A DNA stretch of 64,000 nt, taken from contig CAZSVM010000005.1 of NCBI GenBank assembly GCA_964610315.1, positions 6,960 to 70,959 on the forward strand, in the 5' to 3' direction. Below are positions 1-11,727 of this stretch, piece after piece. A program made the translations under genes and the position numbers. The notes under the pieces were generated by a model, which was not told where the DNA came from, did not search any database, and saw only the letters and a list, made by a program, of their open reading frames with translations. Within the stretch, counting starts at the first letter, position 1. Each line of letters starts with the position of its first letter. The stretch is from an uncultured Actinomycetota bacterium (GTDB taxonomy: Bacteria > Actinomycetota > Humimicrobiia > Humimicrobiales > Humimicrobiaceae).

Positions 1-720
1 ATATTTTACTTTAATAATGTAAATGAAGAGTTTTTAAATATTTACGCAAAAATAGCCGAAGATGGCAATAAGGGTATAAAGATAATTTTTGGAGAAGATC
101 TGGATAAAAAGATAGAGATTTTTTTATGTGAAAATTTAGAAGAATTTGAAATGGCAGCGGACGGTATTTCTCCTCCCGGGTTTGATGGAAGTGAGCCGGT
201 AGGCCAATCGGTAAATGGAGCTATTCATATGTATAGAGCAGAGGAGTTTAAACCCGGACCCGGCGGTATAGATGAAATGCTGAGCTATAAGATAGCTCTT
301 CTACATGAAATAGGACATACCTATTATTTTTGGGTGTATCCGAATGCAGCGAAAAAAAATGATTGGCTGAATGAAGCGCTGGCAGATAAATCAATAACAG
401 GCGAATATGTTGACCCTTACTCAATTAGTAATGATTTTTTGAAAGATCTTATCTCAAATGGAAATTTCGTGGCACTTTCCGAATTAGAGAGTAATGGAAG
501 GCGAACCTTTGACCAGGATGGGAATACTATATTTTCTGAATATATTTCATTTGTTAATTTTATTTCTTTACAGTTCGGCTTTAGTATTTTAAATCTACTT
601 CTTGCAGAATATGACGGCTCTGACGATCTTTTAACTTCCCTTGAAACTGCAACAGAACTGGATTCAGGTTCTTTTGAAGAACAATGGCTGGACGCAATCC
701 GGTATCCCTCTGCATTTTGA
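1..720 (+). CDS. Zn-metallopeptidase-like protein (peptidase MA-like), 5'-truncated by the window
   Basis: Frame is open from base 1; HEIGH (HExxH) followed by WLNEALA third-ligand motif. Confidence 0.65.
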   Translation: MFYFNNVNEEFLNIYAKIAEDGNKGIKIIFGEDLDKKIEIFLCENLEEFEMAADGISPPGFDGSEPVGQSVNGAIHMYRAEEFKPGPGGIDEMLSYKIALLHEIGHTYYFWVYPNAAKKNDWLNEALADKSITGEYVDPYSISNDFLKDLISNGNFVALSELESNGRRTFDQDGNTIFSEYISFVNFISLQFGFSILNLLLAEYDGSDDLLTSLETATELDSGSFEEQWLDAIRYPSAF

Positions 721-839
721 ATAACATCTGAAAATAGCGTAGTACACTAACCACTTTAAATTTACCTATTGACAAATAATGTAGAATTAGATTAGATATA
801 TTTTTTTTTAAATTTTTCAGATTAATATTAGCTTCCAGT

Positions 840-1310
840 ATGGAAAATATTGTTTTCCGGGAAATAAAAAATTTTGACTGGAAATTGGTTGAAAAAATCG
901 CAGAACTTGAAAAGAGGAATCTGGGACGGGAAGCATCCATAAATAAGTGGATTATACCGGTAATAATAAGATACGGGAAATTTATTGTAGCTGAGAAAAA
1001 TAGCCATAGCTCCGATATTATCGGGGTATGCGAACTTATAAAGCATTGGAAAAAAGAAAATACTGCTTTTATCCACTCATTTTATGTAGATAAGAAATAC
1101 AGAAACAAAGGTATCGGCAAAAAGCTTCTGCAGAAGGTAATCGATATTTTAAAAAATAATAATTTCAAAGTAATCGAATTAACGGTTGACCCTGATAATG
1201 AAGCCGGCGGTCGGCTTTATAAGCTATTCGGTTTTGAGAAAATCAGTTTAAGAAAAAATGAATACGGCAGGGGAGCGGACCGTAATTTAATGAGATTAGA
1301 ATTACAATGA
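840..1310 (+). CDS. GNAT family N-acetyltransferase
   Basis: Motif A VDKKYRNKGIGKKLL; N..A..LY..FGF C-terminal motif. Confidence 0.9.
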   Translation: MENIVFREIKNFDWKLVEKIAELEKRNLGREASINKWIIPVIIRYGKFIVAEKNSHSSDIIGVCELIKHWKKENTAFIHSFYVDKKYRNKGIGKKLLQKVIDILKNNNFKVIELTVDPDNEAGGRLYKLFGFEKISLRKNEYGRGADRNLMRLELQ

Positions 1311-2209
1311 ACGAAAATAATTTCAAATCAGGGTTTGTGGGCCTGATAGGCAGGACCAATGTAGGAAAATCTACATTGATAAATAAAATAATAAATCAGA
1401 AAATAGTTATTACTTCCGGCAGGGCGCAGACTACCAGAAATAAAATTAATTGTATTTTGAATACCAGAAACTCCCAGATAATTTTTATGGATTGTCCCGG
1501 TTTTTTTAAACCAAGAAATCTGCTTGGAAAAAGATTGTACAGCACCGTTTTAAGTGTGATTGATGATTCTGACTTAATCGTGGTTATGGTGGATGCAGCG
1601 GGAGGAATAAGCAGCGGCGATTTTTTTGTTTTTGACCGGATAAAATCTAAAACTCAGCCCAAGTTTCTGCTGCTGAATAAAATAGATCTGGTTTCAAAAG
1701 ACAGGATAGAAAAAGAAAGAGAAAAAATAAAAAGTTTTGATTACTTCAACTATATAGGTGAGATTTCGGCAAAAACCGGAGAAAATATTAACGAATTTTT
1801 AACATTTTTGACCCAAAAACTTCCAGTGGGCCCCAGATATTTTGAGAAAGATATTACTACCGATCAACCCCTGGAGAAAGTAATTTCGGAGATAGTAAGG
1901 GAAAAATTATTTGCAAATCTATCCCAGGAACTTCCGCACAGTATAAACGTCAACCTGGAGAGGTTTGAAGAGACCAGAGACAGCAATGGAGAGAAGCTGA
2001 TGATTATAGGGTGTACCGTCTATACCGAAAGAGAATCACAAAAAGCTATAATTATCGGCAGGTCTGGAAATATGCTTAAGAAAATAGGAAGAGAAGCAAG
2101 ATTGGAGCTTGAAAACTGGCTGAAGAGTAAAGTTTTTCTGGAATTATGGGTCAAAGTTGAAAAAAACTGGACAAAAAGCGAACTTTTACTTAACCGGTTT
2201 GGCTACTAA
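1307..2209 (+). CDS. era: GTPase Era
   Basis: GRTNVGKST, QTTR, NKID, C-terminal KH domain (IIIGRSG...LELWVKV). Confidence 0.97.
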   Translation: MNENNFKSGFVGLIGRTNVGKSTLINKIINQKIVITSGRAQTTRNKINCILNTRNSQIIFMDCPGFFKPRNLLGKRLYSTVLSVIDDSDLIVVMVDAAGGISSGDFFVFDRIKSKTQPKFLLLNKIDLVSKDRIEKEREKIKSFDYFNYIGEISAKTGENINEFLTFLTQKLPVGPRYFEKDITTDQPLEKVISEIVREKLFANLSQELPHSINVNLERFEETRDSNGEKLMIIGCTVYTERESQKAIIIGRSGNMLKKIGREARLELENWLKSKVFLELWVKVEKNWTKSELLLNRFGY

Positions 2210-2306
2210 TTACCCAAAAGTATTGTTTGAAGCAGAAAGTAAAAAAAAGAAAAAATTGGACTATGGATTATGTTAAAAATATTATTAGTTCAGGTACGAA
2301 AGGCTG

Positions 2307-3017
2307 GTGATAAAAACGTTAACTAAAGAGCAATTGGCAAAAACCATTGATCAGACATTACTTAATCCTGTGGCAACCTCGAAAGATATAGAACAGCTGT
2401 GTATTAATGCCAAAAAATATCATTTTGCTGCGGTATGTATTAATCCTACTTTTATAACCCAGGCAAAGAAAATACTGACCGGCAGCGATGTAAAGGTTTG
2501 TTCTGTGGTGGGTTACCCATTAGGAGCGAACACTATAGAGACAAAAGTATTCGAAGCAAGAGATAATGTGAAAAAAGGCGCAGATGAACTGGATATGGTT
2601 ATAAATCTAGGAGCAGTAAAAGGCGGCAATTATGAGTATGTGGAAAGAGAAATAAAAATAGTGGTAAATGTAATAAGGCGAGAGCAGATAGCAGAATATA
2701 ATAAACACATTAATATTAAAATTATAATAGAAACTGCAATTTTAACCAGAGATGAAATTAAAAAGGTATGCTCCATTATTGAAAGATCAGGAGCGGATTT
2801 TGTAAAAACATCAACCGGATTTGGGGTAAAGGGTGTAGAGCTTGACGATATAAGACTGATAAGAGAAGTAGTTACCAGAAATATAGGAGTTAAAGCGTCG
2901 GGAGGAATAAGGACATTCGGAGATGCACAGGCACTTATAGATGCCGGTGCCACCAGGCTGGGGACCAGCAGCGGAGTCAACATAATAAAAGAATACGGCG
3001 CTATTTTTGATAAATAA
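2307..3017 (+). CDS. deoC: Deoxyribose-phosphate aldolase
   Basis: GYPLG, GADELDMVIN, FVKTSTGF, VKASGGIR, RLGTS motifs. Confidence 0.96.
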   Translation: MIKTLTKEQLAKTIDQTLLNPVATSKDIEQLCINAKKYHFAAVCINPTFITQAKKILTGSDVKVCSVVGYPLGANTIETKVFEARDNVKKGADELDMVINLGAVKGGNYEYVEREIKIVVNVIRREQIAEYNKHINIKIIIETAILTRDEIKKVCSIIERSGADFVKTSTGFGVKGVELDDIRLIREVVTRNIGVKASGGIRTFGDAQALIDAGATRLGTSSGVNIIKEYGAIFDK

Positions 3018-3027
3018 AAAGAGTAAG

Positions 3028-3810
3028 ATGCCATCTTACAAAGCAAAGGCTATTATTTTAAAATCATATAAACTGGGTGAGTCGGATAAGATAATCAAAA
3101 TGTACTCCCGTGATGGAGATATAATCAGTGCAGTGGCCAAGGGAGCCAGAAAAGTACATAGTAAATTTGGCGGAAGACTGGAGCTTTTTAATCTGGTAGA
3201 ATTGGAACTCACCAGGGGAAGAAACCTGGATATTATAAATCAGGCAGAAATATTAAAAAGCTTCAAAAATATTGCTTCCGATTTTTATAAATTCGTTTTC
3301 TGCGAAATAATAAGTAAAATTATATTAAAGACACAGGTATCGGGCGGAGATTCGTCTCCTCTTCTATTTAAATTAATTTATGCTTGTTTTGATGAAATCA
3401 ATGATACCGATCCGGAGGATATTTTATCCCTGAAAAAAATTATGTGTTTTTTTGGGATTAAGTTTTTAAGAATTACAGGATACACACCTCTACTGGAAAA
3501 CTGCAGCAAATGTAACCGGCAATTAAAAAATCTGTATTCTTTTAGTAAAGATAGAATTCATTTTTCGGTTAGATATGGAGGAATTCTCTGTAGTAAATGC
3601 GCCAGTTCTCTGGCAGACCAGGAAACTCTAAGTGCTTCGGACTATAGATTTTTATATGATTTGTTTAATCTTAAACTGGGAGATTTCAGGGATATGGAGG
3701 TAAATTCCCTCACTCTTAAAAGAGTGTATAAACTGATAGAAGATTATATAATCTATCATACCGATTGTAATGTGGACAGTTTTAAATATCTTAAAAAAAT
3801 CGGGATGTAG
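3028..3810 (+). CDS. recO: DNA repair protein RecO
   Basis: LGESDKII, AVAKGARK, Zn-finger CSKC...CSKC; era-recO-glyQ context. Confidence 0.95.
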   Translation: MPSYKAKAIILKSYKLGESDKIIKMYSRDGDIISAVAKGARKVHSKFGGRLELFNLVELELTRGRNLDIINQAEILKSFKNIASDFYKFVFCEIISKIILKTQVSGGDSSPLLFKLIYACFDEINDTDPEDILSLKKIMCFFGIKFLRITGYTPLLENCSKCNRQLKNLYSFSKDRIHFSVRYGGILCSKCASSLADQETLSASDYRFLYDLFNLKLGDFRDMEVNSLTLKRVYKLIEDYIIYHTDCNVDSFKYLKKIGM

Positions 3811-3865
3811 CCAGTCTGATATTTTTACTTTAGCTTAGGGCTCAAATATGCCATTCTGTGTTTAA

Positions 3866-3894
3866 TTGACTATTAAAATTAATGTTATTAAAAT
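3866..3894 (+). promoter_or_regulatory. Sigma70-type promoter of glyQS (TTGACT-17-TAAAAT), probably (near-)leaderless
   Basis: -10 ends 8 nt before the glyQ ATG; no Shine-Dalgarno. Confidence 0.55.
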
Positions 3895-3902
3895 AAGAAA
3901 CT

Positions 3903-4784
3903 ATGAATTTTCAGGATATTATTTTTAACCTTCAGAAATACTGGGCGAAAAACAACTGTATTATAAAACAGCCTTTGGATCTTGAGAAAGGGGCAGGAAC
4001 GTTTAATCCCGATACTTTTCTCCGCTGTTTGGGCCCCGAGCCGTGGAATGTAGCCTACGTCGAACCCAGCAGAAGGCCTACCGATGGAAGATACGGCCAG
4101 AATCCCTTTAGGACCCAGTTTTTTTACCAATTTCAAGTGCTGCTAAAGCCATCTCCGGATAATGTAATAGATGTTTACCTGGGGTCTCTCGAAAGTCTGG
4201 GAATTGATTTAATGCTGCATGATATACGTTTTGTTGAAGATGACTGGCAGTCTCCTACTATCGGAGCTGCCGGTCTGGGATGGGAAGTATGGGCAGATGG
4301 AATGGAAATAACCCAGTTTACCTACTTCCAGCAGATGGGAGGGCAGGTACTTAAGCCGGTTTCGGCGGAAATATCTTATGGCCTGGAACGAATTGCTATG
4401 TATCTGCAGGATAAAGATAGTTTCTGGGAACTCAACTGGTCCGACGGCATAAGTTATGGGGATATACATCTTGAGTCGGAAAAGCAGTGGTCGGTTTATA
4501 ACTTTGAAGTGGCTACCATTGATATGCTTCTTGACCTCTTTGAAAAATATGAGAAAGAGTTTCATAAGGTTATAAAAAAAGGTCTGGTTTTTGTGGGATG
4601 CGAATATGTACTTAAGTGTTCGCACATTTTTAATTTACTTGATGCCAGAGAAGCCATAAGTGTAGCGGAGAGAACGCTGTATATTGCCAGAGTGAGAAAT
4701 CTTGCCAAAATTTTATGCTCCGCCTATCTTAAGCAGAGAGAGGAACTGGGTTATCCTTTGCTTAAAAGAGGTCAGAGGAAATAG
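3903..4784 (+). CDS. glyQ: Glycine-tRNA ligase alpha subunit
   Basis: [42 protein letters not shown]. Confidence 0.98.
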   Translation: MNFQDIIFNLQKYWAKNNCIIKQPLDLEKGAGTFNPDTFLRCLGPEPWNVAYVEPSRRPTDGRYGQNPFRTQFFYQFQVLLKPSPDNVIDVYLGSLESLGIDLMLHDIRFVEDDWQSPTIGAAGLGWEVWADGMEITQFTYFQQMGGQVLKPVSAEISYGLERIAMYLQDKDSFWELNWSDGISYGDIHLESEKQWSVYNFEVATIDMLLDLFEKYEKEFHKVIKKGLVFVGCEYVLKCSHIFNLLDAREAISVAERTLYIARVRNLAKILCSAYLKQREELGYPLLKRGQRK

Positions 4785-4824
4785 AAAATAATTACGGATA
4801 GGGCAGACAGGGGAAAAGATATAT

Positions 4825-6957
4825 ATGGGAAAAAAACTACTTTTCGAAATCGGAACCGAAGAATTGCCTCCTTCCTGCACCGGGGAAGGAGTTAAGGGAT
4901 TAAAAACGGTTCTGGAAAATAAATTGATCGAAAGCAGACTGGAATTTGGTAATATTCAAACCTACAGTTCGCCAAGGAGACTGGTTGCCATAGTGGAGAA
5001 CCTGAGTGAGGTACAGAAATCCGAAGAAAAAGTAATTACTGGACCACCGGAAGGGATTGCCTTTGACAGGAATGGCAGCTCTACTGAAGCTGTAAAAGGC
5101 TTTGCCAGAAGTTTAAATCTCAAAGTCGGTGATCTTGAAAAAATAGAAGTAGAAGGCAAAGGTTTATATCTGGGAAAAAAAATTATAGAAAAAGGGAAAA
5201 AAACAAGTGACTTACTTCCGGATATACTTAAAGATTCCATACTTTCACTGACTTTTAGCAAACAAATGACCTGGGCTGACTACGATATCAAATTTGTTCG
5301 TCCCATAAGATGGATCCTTGCTCTGTTTGATAATAAGATAATAAATTTCAGTATAGCAAATTTACAATCGGGAAATATTACTTTTGGGCATCGTACCATT
5401 AGCCCCGGCTCTATAATTATTAAAGATAGTGAAAATTATTTTAAGCTGCTTGAGGATAAAGGTAAAGTAATAGTGGATGCCTCTAAAAGAAAGGAACTAA
5501 TCCTTATTGGAATAAAACAACTGGAAGATAGGGTATGGAAGGGTAAATTTAAGGTTGTTCTGAATGAAAATCTGCTGGAAGATGTGGTAAATCTGGTGGA
5601 GATGCCCAATGTTATTGCAGGCAGTTTTCCGGAGGAGTTCCTGTATATTCCAAAGGAATTACTTATAGAAGCAATACAGCATCACCAGAGATATTTTGCA
5701 GTTCTGGATAGTTCCGGAAATGTCAGTACCAGCTTTATAATCGTACAAAACGGGATAAAGGATGAAGGTGGAATAAGAAAAGGAAACGAGAGGGTACTTA
5801 AAGCTCGCCTGAGTGATGCAGCTTATTTTTACGAGGAAGACAGAAAGCATAACTTTGATTACTGGACTGATAAGCTCAAAGGGGTAATTTTCTTTTCAGG
5901 GTTGGGCAGCATGTATGATAAGGCTGTAAGACTGGAAAAGATAAGCACCCGGCTTGCGGAATGGTTAGAAGAAAGCGATAAGGCTGGAAGCAGTGATTTA
6001 CCCAGGGGCCTGGCCAGAGCAAGTATGCTGTGTAAGTGCGACCTGGTTACCAATATGGTGGTGGAATTTCCTTCTCTTCAAGGAATTGTGGGCCGTCAGT
6101 ATGCCATGGAAAGAGGGGAAAAGATTGAAATATCCGATGCGGTATTCGAACACTACCTCCCAAGATCCGCTGGTGACATCCTGCCTTCGACTGATGTGGG
6201 ACTGATACTGTCTATTACCGATAAGATGGATGTCATAACCGGAATGTTTATGTCCGGGGAAATACCAACCGGCTCCGAAGATCCTTTTGCTTTAAGAAGG
6301 AAAGCTTCCGGTGTGGTCCTTTCGGTACTCAAAGGTAAATATGATTTTAATCTGGAGGATTTGATTGATTATAATCTGAAACTATACCTTGAAAATCCTG
6401 ATTTTAAAGATAAAGATAAAAATAAAGGGGTTTTAAAAATAACTAAAGAGGTTAGGGATTTTATTACCGCTAGATTCAGGTTCATGCTGGAAAAAGAGGG
6501 AAGGAGGCTGGATATTCTGGAGTCGATACTGGGTTCGGGGTGCAGTTCCATTCTGGATATCAGCTTAAGATATAATGCCCTGGAGGAATTTATCAAAAAC
6601 GAAGATATTAAAAAAATTTCTCTTCCCATGATAAGATGCAGAAATATAATAGGCAAAGAAGAAAAATTCGATAAGGTAAATCCTGAATTGTTTGCCGAAG
6701 ATTATGAAAAAAAATTATTCTCATCTCTTGAAAAAGAGGAGATCTTGATAAAAGATCTTATAAATGATAAAGACTATAAATCAGTTCTTGGTGAACTTTA
6801 CGGATTTGGAGAGATTGTAGATATATTTTTCGATAAGGTTCTGGTTATGGACAAGAATAATGAGATAAGATCCAATCGTATTAATTTAATAAAGAGAGCA
6901 GTAGGTCTTTACCTGATGATGGCGGACTTTTCGAAATTGGTGCTAAATAATAATTAG
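4825..6957 (+). CDS. glyS: Glycine-tRNA ligase beta subunit
   Basis: LLFEIGTEELP, FVRPIRW, GNERVLKARLSDA, GSEDPFALRR. Confidence 0.97.
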   Translation: MGKKLLFEIGTEELPPSCTGEGVKGLKTVLENKLIESRLEFGNIQTYSSPRRLVAIVENLSEVQKSEEKVITGPPEGIAFDRNGSSTEAVKGFARSLNLKVGDLEKIEVEGKGLYLGKKIIEKGKKTSDLLPDILKDSILSLTFSKQMTWADYDIKFVRPIRWILALFDNKIINFSIANLQSGNITFGHRTISPGSIIIKDSENYFKLLEDKGKVIVDASKRKELILIGIKQLEDRVWKGKFKVVLNENLLEDVVNLVEMPNVIAGSFPEEFLYIPKELLIEAIQHHQRYFAVLDSSGNVSTSFIIVQNGIKDEGGIRKGNERVLKARLSDAAYFYEEDRKHNFDYWTDKLKGVIFFSGLGSMYDKAVRLEKISTRLAEWLEESDKAGSSDLPRGLARASMLCKCDLVTNMVVEFPSLQGIVGRQYAMERGEKIEISDAVFEHYLPRSAGDILPSTDVGLILSITDKMDVITGMFMSGEIPTGSEDPFALRRKASGVVLSVLKGKYDFNLEDLIDYNLKLYLENPDFKDKDKNKGVLKITKEVRDFITARFRFMLEKEGRRLDILESILGSGCSSILDISLRYNALEEFIKNEDIKKISLPMIRCRNIIGKEEKFDKVNPELFAEDYEKKLFSSLEKEEILIKDLINDKDYKSVLGELYGFGEIVDIFFDKVLVMDKNNEIRSNRINLIKRAVGLYLMMADFSKLVLNNN

Positions 6958-7064
6958 TATTACTATTAATTTTTTTTTATTTTTCTGTTATCATATTTCA
7001 ATTTGCTTTTTTAAGATTATGCAATTAAGTTAGTATCCTATAAATAGGAAAGGGTTTGATAAAA

Positions 7065-9689
7065 ATGGCTTCTAAAAAGTATGTGTATTTTTTTGGTGAA
7101 GGTAAAAAAGAGATGAAAAAACTTCTGGGAGGAAAGGGAGCTAATCTATCGGAAATGACCAATATCGGTCTGCCGGTGCCCTATGGTTTCACCATAACCA
7201 CGGAAGTTTGTAATCTGTTTTATGAACTGGGGAAAAAATACCCCGAAGGTCTGGAGAACCAGATTGAAAAAAATTTAATAAAATTGGAAGAAAAGATGGG
7301 TATGAGCTTCGGAGATGAAAAAAATCCGCTTCTGGTTTCCGTAAGGTCGGGGGCAGCTATTTCCATGCCCGGTATGATGGATACAGTACTGAACTTGGGT
7401 TTGAATGATAAAACGGTAATGGGGCTGATTAGGAAGACTAACAATGAAAGATTTTGCTGGGACTCATATAGAAGGTTTATTCAAATGTTTGGTGATGTGG
7501 TAATGGGTGCAGAGCACGACCAATTCGAGGAAGCGCTGCAGGCAAAAAAAGATAAAAAGAAGGTAAAGTTCGATACTGAATTGAATGCCCAGGATTTAAA
7601 GGAACTGGTAGAGGATTATAAAAGGATCGTAAAGAAATCCAAAGGCAAAAGTTTTCCCCAGGACCCAAGAAAGCAGCTTAAAATGTCTATTGATGCTGTA
7701 TTTGGTTCCTGGAACAATAAAAGAGCTATCTCCTACAGAAATCTTCATGATATCCCTCATAATATTGGGACCGCCGTAAATGTGCAGGCCATGGTTTTCG
7801 GAAATATGGGTAATAATTCGGGAACCGGCGTAGCCTTTACCCGAAACCCGGCAACTGGTGAGGATAAATTTTACGGAGAGTATCTATTGAATGCTCAGGG
7901 TGAAGATGTGGTTGCGGGAATAAGAACTCCCCAGCCTATTTCCAAACTAAATAAGGATATGCCTAAAATTTATAAGCAGCTGATTAATATAAGGAAAAAA
8001 CTGGAAGATCATTATCGGGACATGCAAGATGTCGAGTTTACTATTCAGGAGGGTAAATTGTACATGCTTCAGACCAGAACCGGTAAGAGAACGGCAGCTG
8101 CGGCACTAAAAATAGCAGTTGATATGGTTGATCGTGGATATATAGATAAAAAAACTGCAGTAACCAGAGTGGAGCCTGAAATGCTGGATCAGTTACTGCA
8201 CAAGCAGCTTGATAAAAAAGCTAAAGAAAAAGCGGAATTACTTACAAAAGGCCTCCCTGCCTCTCCCGGTGCGGCGCTGGGTAAAGTTGTTTTTGATGCC
8301 GATACAGCTGTAAAAGAGGCAAAGGATGAAAAAGTAATTCTGGTAAGGACGGAAACGTCTCCTGAAGATATTCAGGGTATGGCAGTGGCACAGGGAATTT
8401 TGACCGCCAGAGGAGGAATGACTTCACATGCCGCCGTGGTGGCCAGAGGTATGGGTAAGAGCTGCGTGGCTGGGGCGGAGGATATTAAAGTGTTTGAAAG
8501 CAAGCAGTATTTCGAAGTAAACGGAAGTAAAATAAATAAAGGTGATTGGATTACTCTTGATGGTTCTACCGGAGAAGTATTTAAAGGTAAGATTCCGGTG
8601 GTGGACCCTGAAATAGGGGAAGACTTCAGGAAATTTATGAGCTGGGTTGATAAATACAGAACTATGGGAGTAAGAGCCAATGCCGATACCCCCCATGACT
8701 CAAAAGTTGCCCGGGATTTTGGAGCAGAAGGTATCGGACTGTGCAGGACGGAGCACATGTTCTTTGAAGGAGATAGAATCAAAGCAGTAAGGAAAATGAT
8801 AATAGCCAGCAGTAGAGAAGAGAGAGAAAAGGCTCTGGTGCAGCTTTTGCCCATTCAGAAAAAAGATTTTATGGAGATATTTAAGGTGATGAATGGGCTG
8901 CCGGTAATTATAAGATTACTGGACCCGCCTCTTCATGAATTCCTGCCCCATGAAGATGAGGATATAAAAGAGATAGCAGGAGAGCTTGGAATGGAATTTG
9001 ACGAACTGAAAGCAACGGTTAATTCTCTTCATGAAATGAATCCAATGCTGGGGCATAGAGGATGCAGGCTTTCCATTACCTATCCTGAAATTCTTGAAAT
9101 GCAAGTCAGAGCTATATTCGAAGCGGTTGTTGAACTTACCAAAAAAGGATACAAGGTTAAACCAGAAGTAATGATTCCACTGGTGGGAAATGTAAAGGAA
9201 ATTAAAATACTAAAAGAGCAAATTGTCCAGATTGCCGATGAAATAATGAAGAAAAAGAATAAAAAGTTTAATTATAAAGTAGGAACCATGATAGAAATTC
9301 CCAGAGCCTGTGTTACAGCTGATGAAATAGCAGAGGAAGCCGAGTTTTTCAGTTTTGGAACAAATGATCTGACCCAGATGACCTTTGGATTTTCCAGAGA
9401 TGATGCCGGTAAATTTCTTCCCGATTATATAGAAAAAGGGATACTGGAAAAAGACCCCTTTGCTACCATTGACCGGAAGGGAGTGGGACAGTTAATTAAG
9501 ATGGGTCTGGAAAAAGGCAGAAAAGCGAGGGGAAATATGAAAATTGGTATATGCGGTGAGCACGGTGGTGACCCCAATTCAGTGGAATTCTGCCATATGA
9601 TAGGGATGGATTATGTAAGCTGTTCACCTTACAGGGTTCCCATTGCCAGGCTGGCTGCAGCTCATGCGGCTATAAAGGAAAAAGAGTAA
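7065..9689 (+). CDS. ppdK: Pyruvate, phosphate dikinase
   Basis: LLGGKGANL, GGMTSHAAVVARG (phospho-His), FSFGTNDLTQ, GICGEHGG. Confidence 0.98.
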   Translation: MASKKYVYFFGEGKKEMKKLLGGKGANLSEMTNIGLPVPYGFTITTEVCNLFYELGKKYPEGLENQIEKNLIKLEEKMGMSFGDEKNPLLVSVRSGAAISMPGMMDTVLNLGLNDKTVMGLIRKTNNERFCWDSYRRFIQMFGDVVMGAEHDQFEEALQAKKDKKKVKFDTELNAQDLKELVEDYKRIVKKSKGKSFPQDPRKQLKMSIDAVFGSWNNKRAISYRNLHDIPHNIGTAVNVQAMVFGNMGNNSGTGVAFTRNPATGEDKFYGEYLLNAQGEDVVAGIRTPQPISKLNKDMPKIYKQLINIRKKLEDHYRDMQDVEFTIQEGKLYMLQTRTGKRTAAAALKIAVDMVDRGYIDKKTAVTRVEPEMLDQLLHKQLDKKAKEKAELLTKGLPASPGAALGKVVFDADTAVKEAKDEKVILVRTETSPEDIQGMAVAQGILTARGGMTSHAAVVARGMGKSCVAGAEDIKVFESKQYFEVNGSKINKGDWITLDGSTGEVFKGKIPVVDPEIGEDFRKFMSWVDKYRTMGVRANADTPHDSKVARDFGAEGIGLCRTEHMFFEGDRIKAVRKMIIASSREEREKALVQLLPIQKKDFMEIFKVMNGLPVIIRLLDPPLHEFLPHEDEDIKEIAGELGMEFDELKATVNSLHEMNPMLGHRGCRLSITYPEILEMQVRAIFEAVVELTKKGYKVKPEVMIPLVGNVKEIKILKEQIVQIADEIMKKKNKKFNYKVGTMIEIPRACVTADEIAEEAEFFSFGTNDLTQMTFGFSRDDAGKFLPDYIEKGILEKDPFATIDRKGVGQLIKMGLEKGRKARGNMKIGICGEHGGDPNSVEFCHMIGMDYVSCSPYRVPIARLAAAHAAIKEKE

Positions 9690-9794
9690 AAATATCAAAA
9701 TCTTTTGAAATTTTTAGAAATAACCCACTTATCAAAAAATATATTGGTGGTAGAATAAGTTTATAACTATTATATTTTTTGTTAGAAAAACATA

Positions 9795-11708
9795 ATGAGT
9801 AGAAGTCTAAAAGAGGGCGAGGTAGAGGAACTAAAATCTAAAGCAGACATTCACAGCATCATATCCAATTATGTTAAATTAAAGAAAACAGGTAAAAACT
9901 ATACCGGCCTCTGTCCTTTCCATAAAGAAAAAACCCCTTCTTTTACCGTTGATACTTCAAAGCAGCTTTACCACTGCTTTGGATGTGGAGAAGGTGGGGA
10001 TGTAATAAGCTTTATAGAGAAGATTGAAAATATGGAATTTGTAGAGGCTGTCGAATTCCTGGCCAAAAAGATTGGCTACAGTTTAAAGTATAACTATAGT
10101 GGTTCCAGAGAGTCGTCGAAGTTAAAAAACAGGCTGGTGGAGTTAAATGAGCAGGCTAAAAAATATTTTAATTTTATACTTTTTAACAGTAAAAAGGGCC
10201 TGCCTTCTCTGGATTATCTAAAAAATAGGGGTTTTACAGAGGATATTTTAAAAGAATTTGAGGTTGGTTTTAGCCTGGATAGCTGGGACTGTTTTACGGA
10301 GTTTGCCATAAAAAGGGGATATAAAGCGGAGGAGCTGGTACAATGTGGATTGGCTATCGAAAGTACCAGGGAAAACGGCCGAGGGGTATACGACCGGTTC
10401 AGGGGAAGAATAATGTTTCCCATCGAAGATATAGTAGGAAAAACCATAGGTTTTGGAGGAAGAATTATTTCTGAGACCAGCAACACCGGAGACCAGAAGG
10501 CCAAGTATATAAACACACCAGAGACCAGGCTTTATTCCAAAAGTAAAAACATATACAGGATATCTCAGGCTAAAAATCATATTGTTGAAAAAGATGAGGT
10601 GCTCATAGTGGAGGGTTATACTGATGTAATGGCTCTGCACCAATCGGGGATAAAAAATGTAGTTGCCAGTCTTGGTACAGCCTTAACTTCTGATCAGATA
10701 AAACTTCTGGGGCGGTTTACAAAGAATATCGTACTGGTTTTTGACAGTGATAAAGCGGGTATGGATGCTTCTCTTAAAGGAATGGAGAGATTAAGGGAGT
10801 ATAACGAAAGGCTGGACCTGTATTATGAAAATAATTTGAATATAAGAGTGGCAGTGCTTGAAGAGGATTACGACCCTGCCGATTTTATATTTAAGAAAGG
10901 TAAAGAAGCTTTTGTAAAGAAGATTGAGGATTCACCAGGTATTATCGATTTTACTATTGACGTAATTGTAAATAAATATAATATAAGTAATCTGGCAGGT
11001 AAACTTAAAGCAAGCGACCATTTGATAAGATTTATATCCACTCTCTCTTCAGGAATCATTCAGGAGGAGTGTATAAAAAGGGTGGCCCAGAAATTAAATT
11101 TAAAAGAAAGCCTGCTTATGGAAGAAATGTTGAAGAAGCATGAAGCAAGAAGCAGCCGGATATACTGGGACGAGGGATACTCAGGTGAAGAAAAGGAAGC
11201 CGGGACCAGCGGTATGGTTCCCTTGAAAAGAATTGAAGTGGAAGCACTTAGATTGATAATAAATGGGTTGGGGAGTAAAATTGATGAGCTTCTAGGAATG
11301 GGTCCCGACTATTTCAGATTTGAAGATACCAGGCAGCTTTATCTTATTATAAGAAATGAGATAGTAAGGGCAAGGGAAGATAATAAAAAGATAAACTTTC
11401 CTGTAAAAATTACGTCAGGGGCAGTAGAAAAAGAGGATGTGAGAAAGTTATATAATTATATTTTATTTAGCGAACCGCATTTTGCAGACCAGGATGTGGA
11501 CCTGGTAAGCAGTGAAATAATCAATAATCTAAAGGGAATCCGTATTTCGGAAGAAATTGAAGACATAAGAAAAAAAATGATAGAATATGAAAAAAGCAGA
11601 AGTACGGACAGCGGTATGAAAGATGATGAATTCAGCAGTAAGTATGACCAGTTGTATCAGAGGTTAATTGAGCTGGAAAAAGAAAGAATGAATTTGAGGA
11701 TAAATTAA
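9795..11708 (+). CDS. dnaG: DNA primase
   Basis: [11 protein letters not shown] Zn finger, [20 protein letters not shown] / FDSDKAG. Confidence 0.98.
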   Translation: MSRSLKEGEVEELKSKADIHSIISNYVKLKKTGKNYTGLCPFHKEKTPSFTVDTSKQLYHCFGCGEGGDVISFIEKIENMEFVEAVEFLAKKIGYSLKYNYSGSRESSKLKNRLVELNEQAKKYFNFILFNSKKGLPSLDYLKNRGFTEDILKEFEVGFSLDSWDCFTEFAIKRGYKAEELVQCGLAIESTRENGRGVYDRFRGRIMFPIEDIVGKTIGFGGRIISETSNTGDQKAKYINTPETRLYSKSKNIYRISQAKNHIVEKDEVLIVEGYTDVMALHQSGIKNVVASLGTALTSDQIKLLGRFTKNIVLVFDSDKAGMDASLKGMERLREYNERLDLYYENNLNIRVAVLEEDYDPADFIFKKGKEAFVKKIEDSPGIIDFTIDVIVNKYNISNLAGKLKASDHLIRFISTLSSGIIQEECIKRVAQKLNLKESLLMEEMLKKHEARSSRIYWDEGYSGEEKEAGTSGMVPLKRIEVEALRLIINGLGSKIDELLGMGPDYFRFEDTRQLYLIIRNEIVRAREDNKKINFPVKITSGAVEKEDVRKLYNYILFSEPHFADQDVDLVSSEIINNLKGIRISEEIEDIRKKMIEYEKSRSTDSGMKDDEFSSKYDQLYQRLIELEKERMNLRIN

Positions 11709-11727
11709 ATTTAGAGGTGAATTAAAT

